Assembly: GCA_965208125.1 (NCBI GenBank)
Contig: OZ242320.1
Coordinates: 5,504,001 to 5,568,000, forward strand
DNA from: Candidatus Latescibacterota bacterium
GTDB taxonomy: Bacteria > Latescibacterota > UBA2968
Reading direction: 5' to 3'
DNA: 64,000 bases
The position numbers were made by a program, and so were the translations under genes. Below, in pieces: positions 42,280 to 51,231 of this stretch (positions are counted from its first letter, which is position 1; each line of letters begins with the position of its first letter). Under the pieces are notes generated by a model. That model did not search any database. It saw nothing but the letters and a program-made list of their open reading frames with translations, and was not told the DNA's origin.

Positions 42280-42785
42280 CCTTCGTCTCCACTACTTTCC
42301 AATGGCCTCCTCTGGCGGACCCGATCCGTGCAAGGACGCCCATTTGTTTCAGCTTACTGATCTGCCACTCGATTCCCCTTGCCGTAATTTCGAGTTGGTT
42401 CGTCAGTTCCGCTGTGGTGATTGAGGGGTTGGCGGCGATCAGGGCCAAAATTTTCTCCCTAGTTTTTTTGTTCTTGGGTAGTTTCTTGGGTAGTTTCTTG
42501 GGTAGTTTCTTGGGTAGTTTCTTGGGTAGTTTCTTGGGTAGTTTCTTGGGTAGTTTCTTGGGTAGTTTCTTGGGTAGTTTCTTGGGTAGTAGCGCGATTA
42601 GTTTTTAGGATAGTTTTGGGGATAGTGGCACTACCAACAGGGAAATCGGGCACTTGATACGCGGCGGAGAACGGGAACCTCAACCACAGACCGTCGCCGC
42701 CCTGAGCGTTGGCGAATCCGCAGACCCATTTCAGGTATTCGTCTCGCCCGGTCTCTTTCCATTCGATGTTCTGACTCTCGCTCAT
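42272..42785 (-). pseudogene. Internally deleted AlbA_2...wHTH gene with a TTQE repeat and a frameshift at an A7 tract
   Basis: MSESQNIEWK...GFANAQGG is fused directly to DGLWLRFPF. After the repeat, a shifted frame reads REKILALIAANPSIT...RIGSARGGHWKV and its stop overlaps the hsdR start region. Confidence 0.75.
42471..42590. repeat. Perfect 12-bp tandem repeat (TTCTTGGGTAGT)x10
   Basis: Ten contiguous identical units; encodes TTQE on the minus strand. Confidence 0.95.
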
Positions 42786-44308
42786 GCCTCTGTATCCCTT
42801 GTCTTCAGACCTGAAAGAGCAGCCCGTCCCTTGTCCGTTAGCCGATACTTCTGTAATGGGCTACTCGGTTTATCAGGGACAGTCCTTTCCAGCAACTCGT
42901 CAGCCAATAGCCGTCTAAGCTGCTGCTCGAAGCTCCTCGTTCGGGTCGAATATCCCGCGACTATCCACAACTCTCTGCTCGTTGTCGCTTCCCGAACACA
43001 CGCTTGTAGCATGGCAATATCCCTGACTGACAATTCAGCTTGCACCCCAGCTTGCACCCCAGCTTGCACCCCAGCTTGCACCCCAGCTTGGCCTGCAAGT
43101 TCTGCCCGCCAAATCTTCGTTACAAATCCCTGGGGAACAGCGAACTCCGGTTCTGGCAAACCCGCTTTCACACAGCGACGGATCATATCCAGCGTTCCGG
43201 TTCCCATTCGTTCGATATATTCCGCAAGGTACATAGATTCTGCCAGCAAAGGATTGCCGGGTACCGACGTGTGCGCGACTCGCAACTTCTCTAATGTCAA
43301 TGGCGGCGGTAGCTTGCCGGGATTCCAGACCTCCAACCGATCCGCAAAAAGCATGACCTGAACGCTACCATTGTCCGTATAGTCGCGGTGCGCCACTGCG
43401 TTGACAATAGCTTCTGTCACAACTTCTTCGGGAATTTCATAAGTACGGGGAGCGCGAGCACTCTCCGCCCGTGTGCCTATTGACCGATTGATCTTGCTCA
43501 ACACGAAGTCCACCGCCTGGTCAACCAACTCGAATACCGTGCCCTTATAGACCTGGTAGGACGGAATCGGTTTGGCTACCTCTGTCCCGTGAAAGTGGGC
43601 ACATCTGACTTCGGAAGAAATGAGATGCCGCTGAGGCGTCTTTCCGAACAACAACACCGCTGCATTCGTCAACCGCCCGTCGTTCAACAGTTTAAGATGC
43701 TCCAACAACTCCTCGGGAGATGTGTCTTCAGCCAGCGGAAACTGCCTGGCTCTGTGTGCAGTGCGAATAAATCGAATGATTCGCTCAAAATCGAGGTCTT
43801 CCAGCACCGCCTTCGCGCAAGGCGCTGCATCAAATGGCCCCCAGCGGATCAATTCTTTGACTTCCAGGTACTCTACCAATGCCGCATAAAGCCCGGTTAC
43901 CAGTTCTGCCTGGGTATTGAATCGTTTCCGAATTAGCCCTGCCTGCGCCTTACCGATCAATGCCTCCATCTTCGGATGTCGGACGTGATTCTCTGTCCCC
44001 TTCACAAAGATCAGACGATGCACACCCAGAGTGGTCGCGCGGTCAAATTCCCGTTCCGTTGGCGACAACCCTTCCGCGTCCTCTGTTCCATAGTCACTTC
44101 CAAATAACCCCACATAGAGATCGCACCGTTCCACTTCATCCAGATAGAGCGCATCGGGCCGTCGATCCGACGCCGGAACCTCCTCGAACAAGAACACCTC
44201 GAAGAACCGCCGCATCAGCGGATCTCCACGCAGATAATCGCGCAACGCCGCTCGCTCTTGTGCGAACTCTGTTTGTACGCTGCTGATGAAAATGCGAAGT
44301 GGGATCAT
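42782..44308 (-). CDS. DUF4062 + RecG-C/HATPase_c_4 + HTH protein
   Basis: RIFISSVQTEF..ER, DLYVGLFG..YG...SPTEREF; EAIVNAVAHRDY; ERMGTG; C-terminal SPLQKYRLT. Confidence 0.82.
   Translation of the reverse strand: MIPLRIFISSVQTEFAQERAALRDYLRGDPLMRRFFEVFLFEEVPASDRRPDALYLDEVERCDLYVGLFGSDYGTEDAEGLSPTEREFDRATTLGVHRLIFVKGTENHVRHPKMEALIGKAQAGLIRKRFNTQAELVTGLYAALVEYLEVKELIRWGPFDAAPCAKAVLEDLDFERIIRFIRTAHRARQFPLAEDTSPEELLEHLKLLNDGRLTNAAVLLFGKTPQRHLISSEVRCAHFHGTEVAKPIPSYQVYKGTVFELVDQAVDFVLSKINRSIGTRAESARAPRTYEIPEEVVTEAIVNAVAHRDYTDNGSVQVMLFADRLEVWNPGKLPPPLTLEKLRVAHTSVPGNPLLAESMYLAEYIERMGTGTLDMIRRCVKAGLPEPEFAVPQGFVTKIWRAELAGQAGVQAGVQAGVQAGVQAELSVRDIAMLQACVREATTSRELWIVAGYSTRTRSFEQQLRRLLADELLERTVPDKPSSPLQKYRLTDKGRAALSGLKTRDTEA
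43037..43090. repeat. 12-bp tandem repeat (AGCTTGCACCCC)x4.5
   Basis: Encodes the GVQA linker in the DUF4062 protein. Confidence 0.9.
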
Positions 44309-44463
44309 GTTAAAAACCTGTTCGCTAACGAGATCGGGTAGAATCATTGCAGACAACTCAACCGAATTGGGGTACATCGCGCATCGGCTCGCACGGCGGT
44401 ATGTTCAGTTCCACACCACCCAGAGGTGTATATCGATGCATATATAGCGCGTACGAGATAGGC

Positions 44464-44538
44464 TTAGTCCAGCGCATCCTTAAAAAACGCAATCACGCGC
44501 TTCTGCGTGAGGATCTCCCGTTGTCCTACAGTGCTCGT
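44464..44538 (-). pseudogene. Second, truncated copy of the hsdR 5' end
   Basis: Reads (ACG)STVGQREILTQKRVIAFFKDALD* versus HsdR MSKVGQREILTQKRVIAFFKDALG. Confidence 0.85.
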
Positions 44539-44564
44539 ACCTCTATTCCCCTTGCTTTGAAGAG

Positions 44565-44880
44565 ACTCACTTCAGCACCTCCCATCGATCTGCCCTGGCC
44601 GATCCGACATGACGAATGGCACCAGCGGCACGCAGCTTTGTCAATCGGCTTTGAGTAAGGCTATGATTCATTTCAGGATAGTTTTTGAGATAGTTTTTAG
44701 GGTAGTTTCTTGGGTAGTTTCTTGGGTAGTTTCTTGGGTAGTTTCTTGGGTAGTTTCTTGGGTAGAGGCAATACCAACAGGGGAATCGGGCACTTGATAC
44801 TCAGCAGAGAATGGGAACCTCAACCACAGACCGTCGCCGTCCGGTTCCAGCTTCCACCTGATATTCTGACTCTCGCTCAT
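44565..44880 (-). pseudogene. Second internally deleted AlbA_2...HTH remnant with a TTQE repeat
   Basis: MSESQNI|RWKLEPDGDGLWLRFPFS...(TTQE)5, then broken HTH pieces IIALLKAD and KLRAAGAIRHVGSARADRWEVLK. Confidence 0.7.
44707..44766. repeat. 12-bp tandem repeat (TTCTTGGGTAGT)x5
   Basis: Same unit as 42471-42590; the last unit has one mismatch. Confidence 0.92.
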
Positions 44881-45235
44881 GTCGCCTTATTTTTTTAAAC
44901 CTCGGACTGCCTAAAAACTTGCCCTATGAGGTTGTAATCTTCTGACCCCAGACCCTATCTTGCTTAGCCTTCAAACTTGGCCCCTGCTTGGCCCCCGGTC
45001 CCTGACTCTGGCTGCCTCACAACTTGTCCTGTAATTTGACCTACGAAATTATCGTCTTCCGCTTCCCGTAACTATCTTGCACCCCAGCTTGCATCCCAGC
45101 TTGTACCCCTACTTGTATCCCTGTAGCGTTAATGGTGTTAAGTGGCAACGAAAGGATCAAGATGCAGAGGTGTCTAGCTGCCATAGCAGTTCACACGTAC
45201 AGACAATATCCGCGAACTCCGACAATGTACTCAAG

Positions 45236-45904
45236 TCACGCTACCGTGAATGCCAAGAATGTGTGATACAATTTTATCGGTGAAGCCCCATCACGCGGAT
45301 GACAGCTTGTCCAAACCCACGACTCAGCAACGAGACCCGATGGTTTCAAGTTCTCTTTGGAGCGTGATGTGCGGTTCAGATTGTTGTTAATACCAGTGAC
45401 AGCAGCTTTCGCGTCGCCACTGATCAGATATCCGATCATGAATCCGGTAGAGTGATTCCCCGAGTACTTACCCTTTCGGAAGCGATCAATACCTTCCACA
45501 ACGTACTCGCGGCATAGATAAGTATTGTTACCGTCGATACGCTTGCATTCAATGATCGCGTGAGGATCATGCTCACCAAAACGGTCGAATATCTCAATCG
45601 AAAAAATCGGGATATCGGGCCGGCCATCAGGCACCAGTACATCGGGATGAGAACGAGATTCGGTTCCGGGAAGCACTACCATTTTTTTGTCCCTCAGAGG
45701 ACTTCCAGGTTTCAGTGCTCGACGCATACCATCGCGCAGTCGTTCTGTGAGTTCTACTTCGCCGGTGTCCGTATTGACATCCAGTGACCGCAACGCAAGC
45801 CCCCAGCCATCCTCAATCGTTTGTAGGATCGTCGTGGCAATATCACGCTCAAGATCAATGAACTGGCGACCGCTGGTAGCCGAATCGTCAAGGGGCAACT
45901 TCAT
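45236..45904 (-). CDS. Putative PD-(D/E)xK nuclease
   Basis: GRPDI...IIECKRI; ATGA overlap with the upstream methyltransferase. Confidence 0.6.
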   Translation of the reverse strand: MKLPLDDSATSGRQFIDLERDIATTILQTIEDGWGLALRSLDVNTDTGEVELTERLRDGMRRALKPGSPLRDKKMVVLPGTESRSHPDVLVPDGRPDIPIFSIEIFDRFGEHDPHAIIECKRIDGNNTYLCREYVVEGIDRFRKGKYSGNHSTGFMIGYLISGDAKAAVTGINNNLNRTSRSKENLKPSGLVAESWVWTSCHPRDGASPIKLYHTFLAFTVA

Positions 45905-48828
45905 ACAGCGGTTCCCGAGAAGCTTTCAACAATGACCGAGTCTGCGTCTTCCAGTGCCGACACGCCCATCCAATGTCGATGGGCGGCAGGTTTAATGATC
46001 ACGACCTCGTTGCGACCATGTACCCGAAGTTCGCGCTGACCAATTATTGAGTTTGAAAGTGGAACGGCCAGGCGCTCACCGATCCGGTTAAGAACATCTC
46101 TCAGGTCTCCTTCTGATTCTATAACCTCCAACTCAGAAGGTTTCAAAAGTTTAGAGCGATCTTCGAGAACGAATCGCACAACCCGGAGTGGCGCTTGCTC
46201 CGGAAGATCAAAGACTTCAGCACGCATATAGCGTTGATTCGCCGCGGAGAGCCAGACACCTACTGCCGACTGGAATGTGCGTGCATAGTTCGAGACCTGT
46301 TTAATAGTGGCGGCTTCTACAGAAGCATCCCTGCCCGCCTTCCATTGCCAACTGGCACGCACCAGACCATCGCGTGCGACGATGCGGTCAGCCTCGTCCA
46401 TGTCATACAGGTCGAAAACAGCCTCGTCAAGTGCTTGCCAGTTGGAAGCGGATAGAGAACTTTTTTGCATATCCCGAGCAAGCTGCGTTAGGTGTGCGCC
46501 AGAATCGGAACCCAGGGCCGTTGCGAGATCGGGAACCGGCAGGCGTTCGATGTCCCCGAGCTTGATCCACCGCATCCACAGCCTAAAATTGGAGGCGGAC
46601 ATCAGGAAGAACCAGTATGCGAGCGAAGAACTCAGAATGGCGGCGAGCAAGTGAGCGGCATTGTGCCACGCGGCTGGAAATGTCGCACCGAAAAAGGCGT
46701 TCGTGAAGACGGTATCTTGATCAGCAACGGCAACGACAAGGCGAGAGTCGCGGTTCAGGAATTTCTTGACGAGCAGCAGTGGTGCGCGGTAGATGTCATG
46801 CTTGCGCGGCCCTTTGGCCTTTGATTTGTCAAAAAAAGCCAAGTTATCCGGTACGTTAAATGGTTGAAGGTCTCGCGCGTTGAGGAGCGGAAGTCCGCGC
46901 AAAAAACTCGAATCGCCGCTCCGATCACTGAATGTCAACCCGGTACGAAGTGTCGCATCAAGTTCCCCAAGTTGGTCACCCAGCGTTGGATGGCTCGATG
47001 TCAGCCTGTCCAGCAACGAAAGATCGCGACGTGACCCGAAAAACGCAGCTTTCAGAAACTCCGGTTTTCGGTACCAGTCAGCCAACGGCAACGTGATAAT
47101 ATCGCTGGGCAGTATCTCAAAAGAATGGCTTTTTGCTCCAACCGGAGACCAAGGAACCTTCACAGTGGTAATCGCGTCGCGTCGCAATTTCCGATGCCTC
47201 CCAAATAGGACAAACGCGAGCGTTTCGTTTTTTTGAAATAGCCAATCGGAATGGTTTGACAGATTGACCAACGTCACCGGAGACAGTTTCTTGATGAGCT
47301 GCTGCAAAGCGGTCACCCCGGTTTTGTCCAGACTGAAGAATTGGGCAGTGTTCAGAATCAAGCCGAATCGAGTCTTAGCGGTCGCAAGGCGCATAGCCTG
47401 AGAAACGAAGTCCAGACTTTCACCACGAGGTGGAAACGCACCTTTCGGACCGCCTCGGATGTGGCGTGCAGTGGTGGTCGCTCTGCCTCGATAGCCCCAT
47501 GGCGGATTACCGATAATGATGTCGAATTTCCTCGCCCGCCCCTGTCCAGCAGCCAGACTCCCGGCATCCCACGCGTCACCGACGATGAGAGTTTTGCCAA
47601 TCAGCGACTCGAACTTCAGCGTCTGAGACAAATGCGGGTCTGGATCAAGTTCTAGGGCCGCCAGATAAAGACTGAATGCGGCGACGCGCACCGCAGCTTC
47701 ACTGATATCTACACCGTAAATTTGTTGGTGCAGCGTGGAATGGATCAATTCGCGACTCGGCTTGCCTCCGTTAGATTGGAGATTGACCAACCTGCGCAAA
47801 GCTTCGACCAAGAAGACGCCGGATCCACAGGTCAAATCGAGTACGGTTTCCTCTCCAGTGAGTCCTTCCATGGTCTCATCCAGAACCAGAGAAACGAGCG
47901 AAAGTGGGGTGTAGAAAACGCCCGTTTGGGAACGGGTATTAGGATCCGATGGATCCGCGTGAGCAAACTGCTCATAGATTGCGCTTATCAGTTCCACCGG
48001 TATTACGTCGAACTGATAAGGAAAGAGCGTTGTTTGTCTCGACTCGGGATCTACGGCTTCAAGGAAGTCCGCGACTCTGCGGAGGTGTTTGGCCTGCGGC
48101 GCAAATAAGCTTTCTGAAGGAAACATGTCGCCATTGAAGATATCTCGAAGCCAACTGAACAACCGCTTCGTGGCAAGAGGGACACGCAGTATGGAGGCAA
48201 GGGTATGATGGTCGTAATTGCGCTTAAGGAATTGCTCTGTAACAATTTCTCGATCTATCAGGTACTGGGTGAATATCGATCTACAGATCAGCCCTTGAGC
48301 GCCGGAACGGTCCATTCCCAACTCTATGAGGTCACGCTCAAGTACGAAAAGATCGGACAGAAGTTGTCGGCCCACACTGGTCCTGCGATTAACAGCACTT
48401 GTTTGTTGCCAGAACCGTCCCGTTTCCATGGCGAGCCGACCTGCGAACGCATCGAGGTTATTCAACTCATTCTCAATCTTTTGGAATGTCTTCAACCTGT
48501 GCTTGGTCGCATCTCCGGTTTCTCGAGGTCGGCCAAAACCGTTGTAGAGATCAATCCTCTCGGGTGAAATTATCCACAACAGAGGGGCGAAACCCTGGTT
48601 CCAGATTTCTCGGCGCCACCGGGCGACCTGCTCGGCAGATGGAACTTCCGATTCGAACTTAAAATAGACAGTAAGTGCCGAGTCACCGCGCCACAAGGCA
48701 TCAGGGGAAAACTCCCGGGCCTGGCACTTCATACGAGCATCTTGGTCCAGATATACGCCATGCGCTGGCTCGCCATTCTCCAGATAGCCGGTGGCTTCAA
48801 GTACTTCGTGTAGGGATTGGGCGATCAT
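45901..48828 (-). CDS. Eco57I/type IIG-like N6-adenine DNA methyltransferase with a TRD region
   Basis: ISAIYEQF, GVFYTP, LDLTCGSGVFL, IYGVDIS, IIGNPPW; TaqI_C-like AILSSSL. Confidence 0.88.
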   Translation of the reverse strand: MIAQSLHEVLEATGYLENGEPAHGVYLDQDARMKCQAREFSPDALWRGDSALTVYFKFESEVPSAEQVARWRREIWNQGFAPLLWIISPERIDLYNGFGRPRETGDATKHRLKTFQKIENELNNLDAFAGRLAMETGRFWQQTSAVNRRTSVGRQLLSDLFVLERDLIELGMDRSGAQGLICRSIFTQYLIDREIVTEQFLKRNYDHHTLASILRVPLATKRLFSWLRDIFNGDMFPSESLFAPQAKHLRRVADFLEAVDPESRQTTLFPYQFDVIPVELISAIYEQFAHADPSDPNTRSQTGVFYTPLSLVSLVLDETMEGLTGEETVLDLTCGSGVFLVEALRRLVNLQSNGGKPSRELIHSTLHQQIYGVDISEAAVRVAAFSLYLAALELDPDPHLSQTLKFESLIGKTLIVGDAWDAGSLAAGQGRARKFDIIIGNPPWGYRGRATTTARHIRGGPKGAFPPRGESLDFVSQAMRLATAKTRFGLILNTAQFFSLDKTGVTALQQLIKKLSPVTLVNLSNHSDWLFQKNETLAFVLFGRHRKLRRDAITTVKVPWSPVGAKSHSFEILPSDIITLPLADWYRKPEFLKAAFFGSRRDLSLLDRLTSSHPTLGDQLGELDATLRTGLTFSDRSGDSSFLRGLPLLNARDLQPFNVPDNLAFFDKSKAKGPRKHDIYRAPLLLVKKFLNRDSRLVVAVADQDTVFTNAFFGATFPAAWHNAAHLLAAILSSSLAYWFFLMSASNFRLWMRWIKLGDIERLPVPDLATALGSDSGAHLTQLARDMQKSSLSASNWQALDEAVFDLYDMDEADRIVARDGLVRASWQWKAGRDASVEAATIKQVSNYARTFQSAVGVWLSAANQRYMRAEVFDLPEQAPLRVVRFVLEDRSKLLKPSELEVIESEGDLRDVLNRIGERLAVPLSNSIIGQRELRVHGRNEVVIIKPAAHRHWMGVSALEDADSVIVESFSGTAV

Positions 48829-48875
48829 CTATTCCTCACAGCAATACAAATCTAATTGAAAGGTTTTGTTTCATT

Positions 48876-48904
48876 ATTATAGCCACAATGTGCTTGTCAA
48901 TCAA
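48876..48904 (-). promoter_or_regulatory. Sigma70-like promoter of the methyltransferase-nuclease pair
   Basis: Minus strand TTGATT-N17-TATAAT; GAGGA RBS before ATG 48828. Confidence 0.6.
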
Positions 48905-49010
48905 TTAAATCTGCAATTTTGTGTGGTTCTTCGCCAAATTCAGGCTTTAGACTGCTGAAACCCTGTATACTTAGGATACCCAAGCCTGCTGGCATAGAAC
49001 ACCTTCACTT

Positions 49011-49892
49011 TTAATCAGTCAAGGTGTCCTTCTCCATACGTTCGATAAATTGGTTTAAACGCCCCGGTACTCCCCAAGCGTCACTTATCTGTGGATTTGA
49101 CTTCAATGCAGAACGTGCGTAAGAAGAAAGGGATGAATCCCAATAATTAAGGTTCTCAAGAAGATTCATGTTCTTCTTTGCACCTGTGTAGTTATAGGAT
49201 TGCTTAAAGCATTCTACGACTGACTCGGAGATGCGCTTACGAGTTTGCCGATGTTGACAAAGTATGTCAAACAATTCCACTGCTAAAGCCGCAGCAGTCT
49301 TACCATTTCCCTCTATGGCTTGAAAACGTCCGATAAAGCCGTGCGGATCAGCCCCAAGGCGAGCGGCTACAATGAGTAATTGACGCCCCATCGCGTAACC
49401 GATCTCCTGATCTGTCCATTCGCTTTGACGAAACTTTGGATGAAGCAATACGAGCATGCCGTCACACGTCGCCAGTGCAACTTCAATCTCGTCTTGCCAC
49501 TCTCGAGTCGGCTCGATATCGTTGTGTGCCACAAACGACGACACTCCAAATCCAATCAACTCGTTTTGAATTTCGTCAGCGAACTTGCGGTGTTCGGCCA
49601 GATGCGACACGAAAAGACGAAAATATCCCTTAATCCAGAAACTTGGTTCTATTTGCGGGTGCGCTATCCCAAATTCGTAACCCAGATGCCGACCCAAAGC
49701 CAGTAACACATCATCGTCTCCTGTCTCAACCATCTTCATAATGTAGGCCGATCGATTGTTTCCACCCCAAGTGTCGTCCCAAGGAAGATCAAACTGACGA
49801 AGGGTTAGATCAATTAGTGCCCATTCGGCAGTACCGAGACGATGACCAATTTCCTTGATTAGGCGAATGCGATCTGATGGTGTCAATATCAT
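49011..49892 (-). CDS. TIR-domain protein with helical N- and C-terminal extensions
   Basis: LFVSH...FVAHNDI...WQDEI...SEWTDQEIG (catalytic Glu position). Confidence 0.85.
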   Translation of the reverse strand: MILTPSDRIRLIKEIGHRLGTAEWALIDLTLRQFDLPWDDTWGGNNRSAYIMKMVETGDDDVLLALGRHLGYEFGIAHPQIEPSFWIKGYFRLFVSHLAEHRKFADEIQNELIGFGVSSFVAHNDIEPTREWQDEIEVALATCDGMLVLLHPKFRQSEWTDQEIGYAMGRQLLIVAARLGADPHGFIGRFQAIEGNGKTAAALAVELFDILCQHRQTRKRISESVVECFKQSYNYTGAKKNMNLLENLNYWDSSLSSYARSALKSNPQISDAWGVPGRLNQFIERMEKDTLTD

Positions 49893-50128
49893 GCTTTCTA
49901 TGCCTTGCTTTTCTGTATCAAAGACTCAACCCCCTGGTCCAATACATTACCACTATGGCTACTCCGGCTTGCCCAACAGCATACGAACGGTGAGATGTTG
50001 CTGATAAGGCCCTGATTGATGGTGTGGAACTTGTCCTGAAAAATATCACTTTGCCCGATTTCTATTTATCTTATCATTCAATTCTCACTTTGCAACAGAT
50101 CGGGGCAGCATCCGTTTATTAGATCATT

Positions 50129-50632
50129 TTATCGATTTTTCGACTCCCTTTCAATGACCCTTGCCAATTGTTTTTGATTCCACGGTACAACCGAAATCTT
50201 GTTGTCGGTTATAGCTTTTGGAAGCCGTGATGGTGGAGTGTTGCCTTTGTGCATGGCGACGACACCTTTCCCCATGGCAAGGCTCTCTCGTATTTCCCAA
50301 TCCACCCATTTGCTACTGGCGGTGTTGTCCGACACATAAACGACGGTGACAGAGGATTGACGAATACGATCCCGAATGCCCCGCTTGATGTAATCAGCTT
50401 TCTTGCTATCAAAAGGTTCTCGCAGTGACCAGTCATTGAACTCAATGTTGCTGTTTTCGTTTTTAGCCTGACCACGTAGCAAATTGACTTCATCAAGGTC
50501 ATCCGAAGAGAAGCTAATAAAGACATTGCGTTTTTTGCCTCCGTCACGTTCCCTGAGAGATTTTTTAGCACGTTCTTCGAGCGTTCTGAGTTCATTTGGG
50601 GCTAAACCCCGGCCACTGCCACTGCCACCCAT
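50129..50632 (-). CDS. ThsB-like TIR protein (DUF1863/MTH538-type) with an N-terminal MGGSGSG extension
   Basis: NVFISF, FNDWS, IRQSSVTVV...T..SKWVDWEI. Confidence 0.88.
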   Translation of the reverse strand: MGGSGSGRGLAPNELRTLEERAKKSLRERDGGKKRNVFISFSSDDLDEVNLLRGQAKNENSNIEFNDWSLREPFDSKKADYIKRGIRDRIRQSSVTVVYVSDNTASSKWVDWEIRESLAMGKGVVAMHKGNTPPSRLPKAITDNKISVVPWNQKQLARVIERESKNR

Positions 50633-50634
50633 GG

Positions 50635-51231
50635 TTATCTCCTTTCCTTTGCATTGTTAATCTCAACGCATGCTATACACACGCCACAAGGTTCTTCACC
50701 ACCGGCATGACATGAATAGGCTTGTTTGATTCCCCGGTCATTCGCAATTACCAAAACGTCTCGCTTCGAAAACTCAATTAACGGTGTGAGAACAAAAATT
50801 CGCCTGCCCATTGCGATTTCAATCATTCTTTCACATTCTTCCACGAAGCCTTTAGTCTGGTCTGGAAAAAGATGGTCGGCAGGATTGAGTAGGCCAAGCG
50901 CGATGCTATCAGCCTGAACCTTGAAGGCATGGGCTGCTCCTGCCAAGACAAAAAGGAGATTGCGACCTGGCAAGAAGGCATCTTCGTTGATGCGCAAATT
51001 GCTGTCTGTAAGTCCACTCGGGATTGTCTTTCCAAAACCAGACAAATCCATGTAGGTCACTGGCGGTAGGCCGAATTGTTCGTGAAGTCGCTGACAAGCT
51101 ACCCATTCCTTATGTACTCCAAGTTGCCCGTAATCGATAAAGAGGGGAAACAATGTGGCTCCCTCTTCATGGGCCAGAAGACTCATGAGAGTTGAATCAA
51201 ATCCACCAGATACAAGAGTCACAATACCCAT
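50635..51231 (-). CDS. QueC-like PP-loop protein (Cap9-like)
   Basis: LVSGGFDS, DYGQ, FLPGRN, FPD, SC...PCGVCIAC Zn site. Confidence 0.92.
   Translation of the reverse strand: MGIVTLVSGGFDSTLMSLLAHEEGATLFPLFIDYGQLGVHKEWVACQRLHEQFGLPPVTYMDLSGFGKTIPSGLTDSNLRINEDAFLPGRNLLFVLAGAAHAFKVQADSIALGLLNPADHLFPDQTKGFVEECERMIEIAMGRRIFVLTPLIEFSKRDVLVIANDRGIKQAYSCHAGGEEPCGVCIACVEINNAKERR

Noticed and set aside
41218-42360. 380-aa plus-strand ORF
   Set aside because: Antisense shadow of hsdR with no recognisable motifs.
42471-42590. Regular repeats as a possible CRISPR array (also 44,707-44,766)
   Set aside because: The units are contiguous 12-mers with no spacers, they encode an in-frame TTQE linker, and no cas genes are present.
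50129-50632. Canonical Thoeris system
   Set aside because: No ThsA-type SIR2-SLOG or TM-Macro effector is present in the window.
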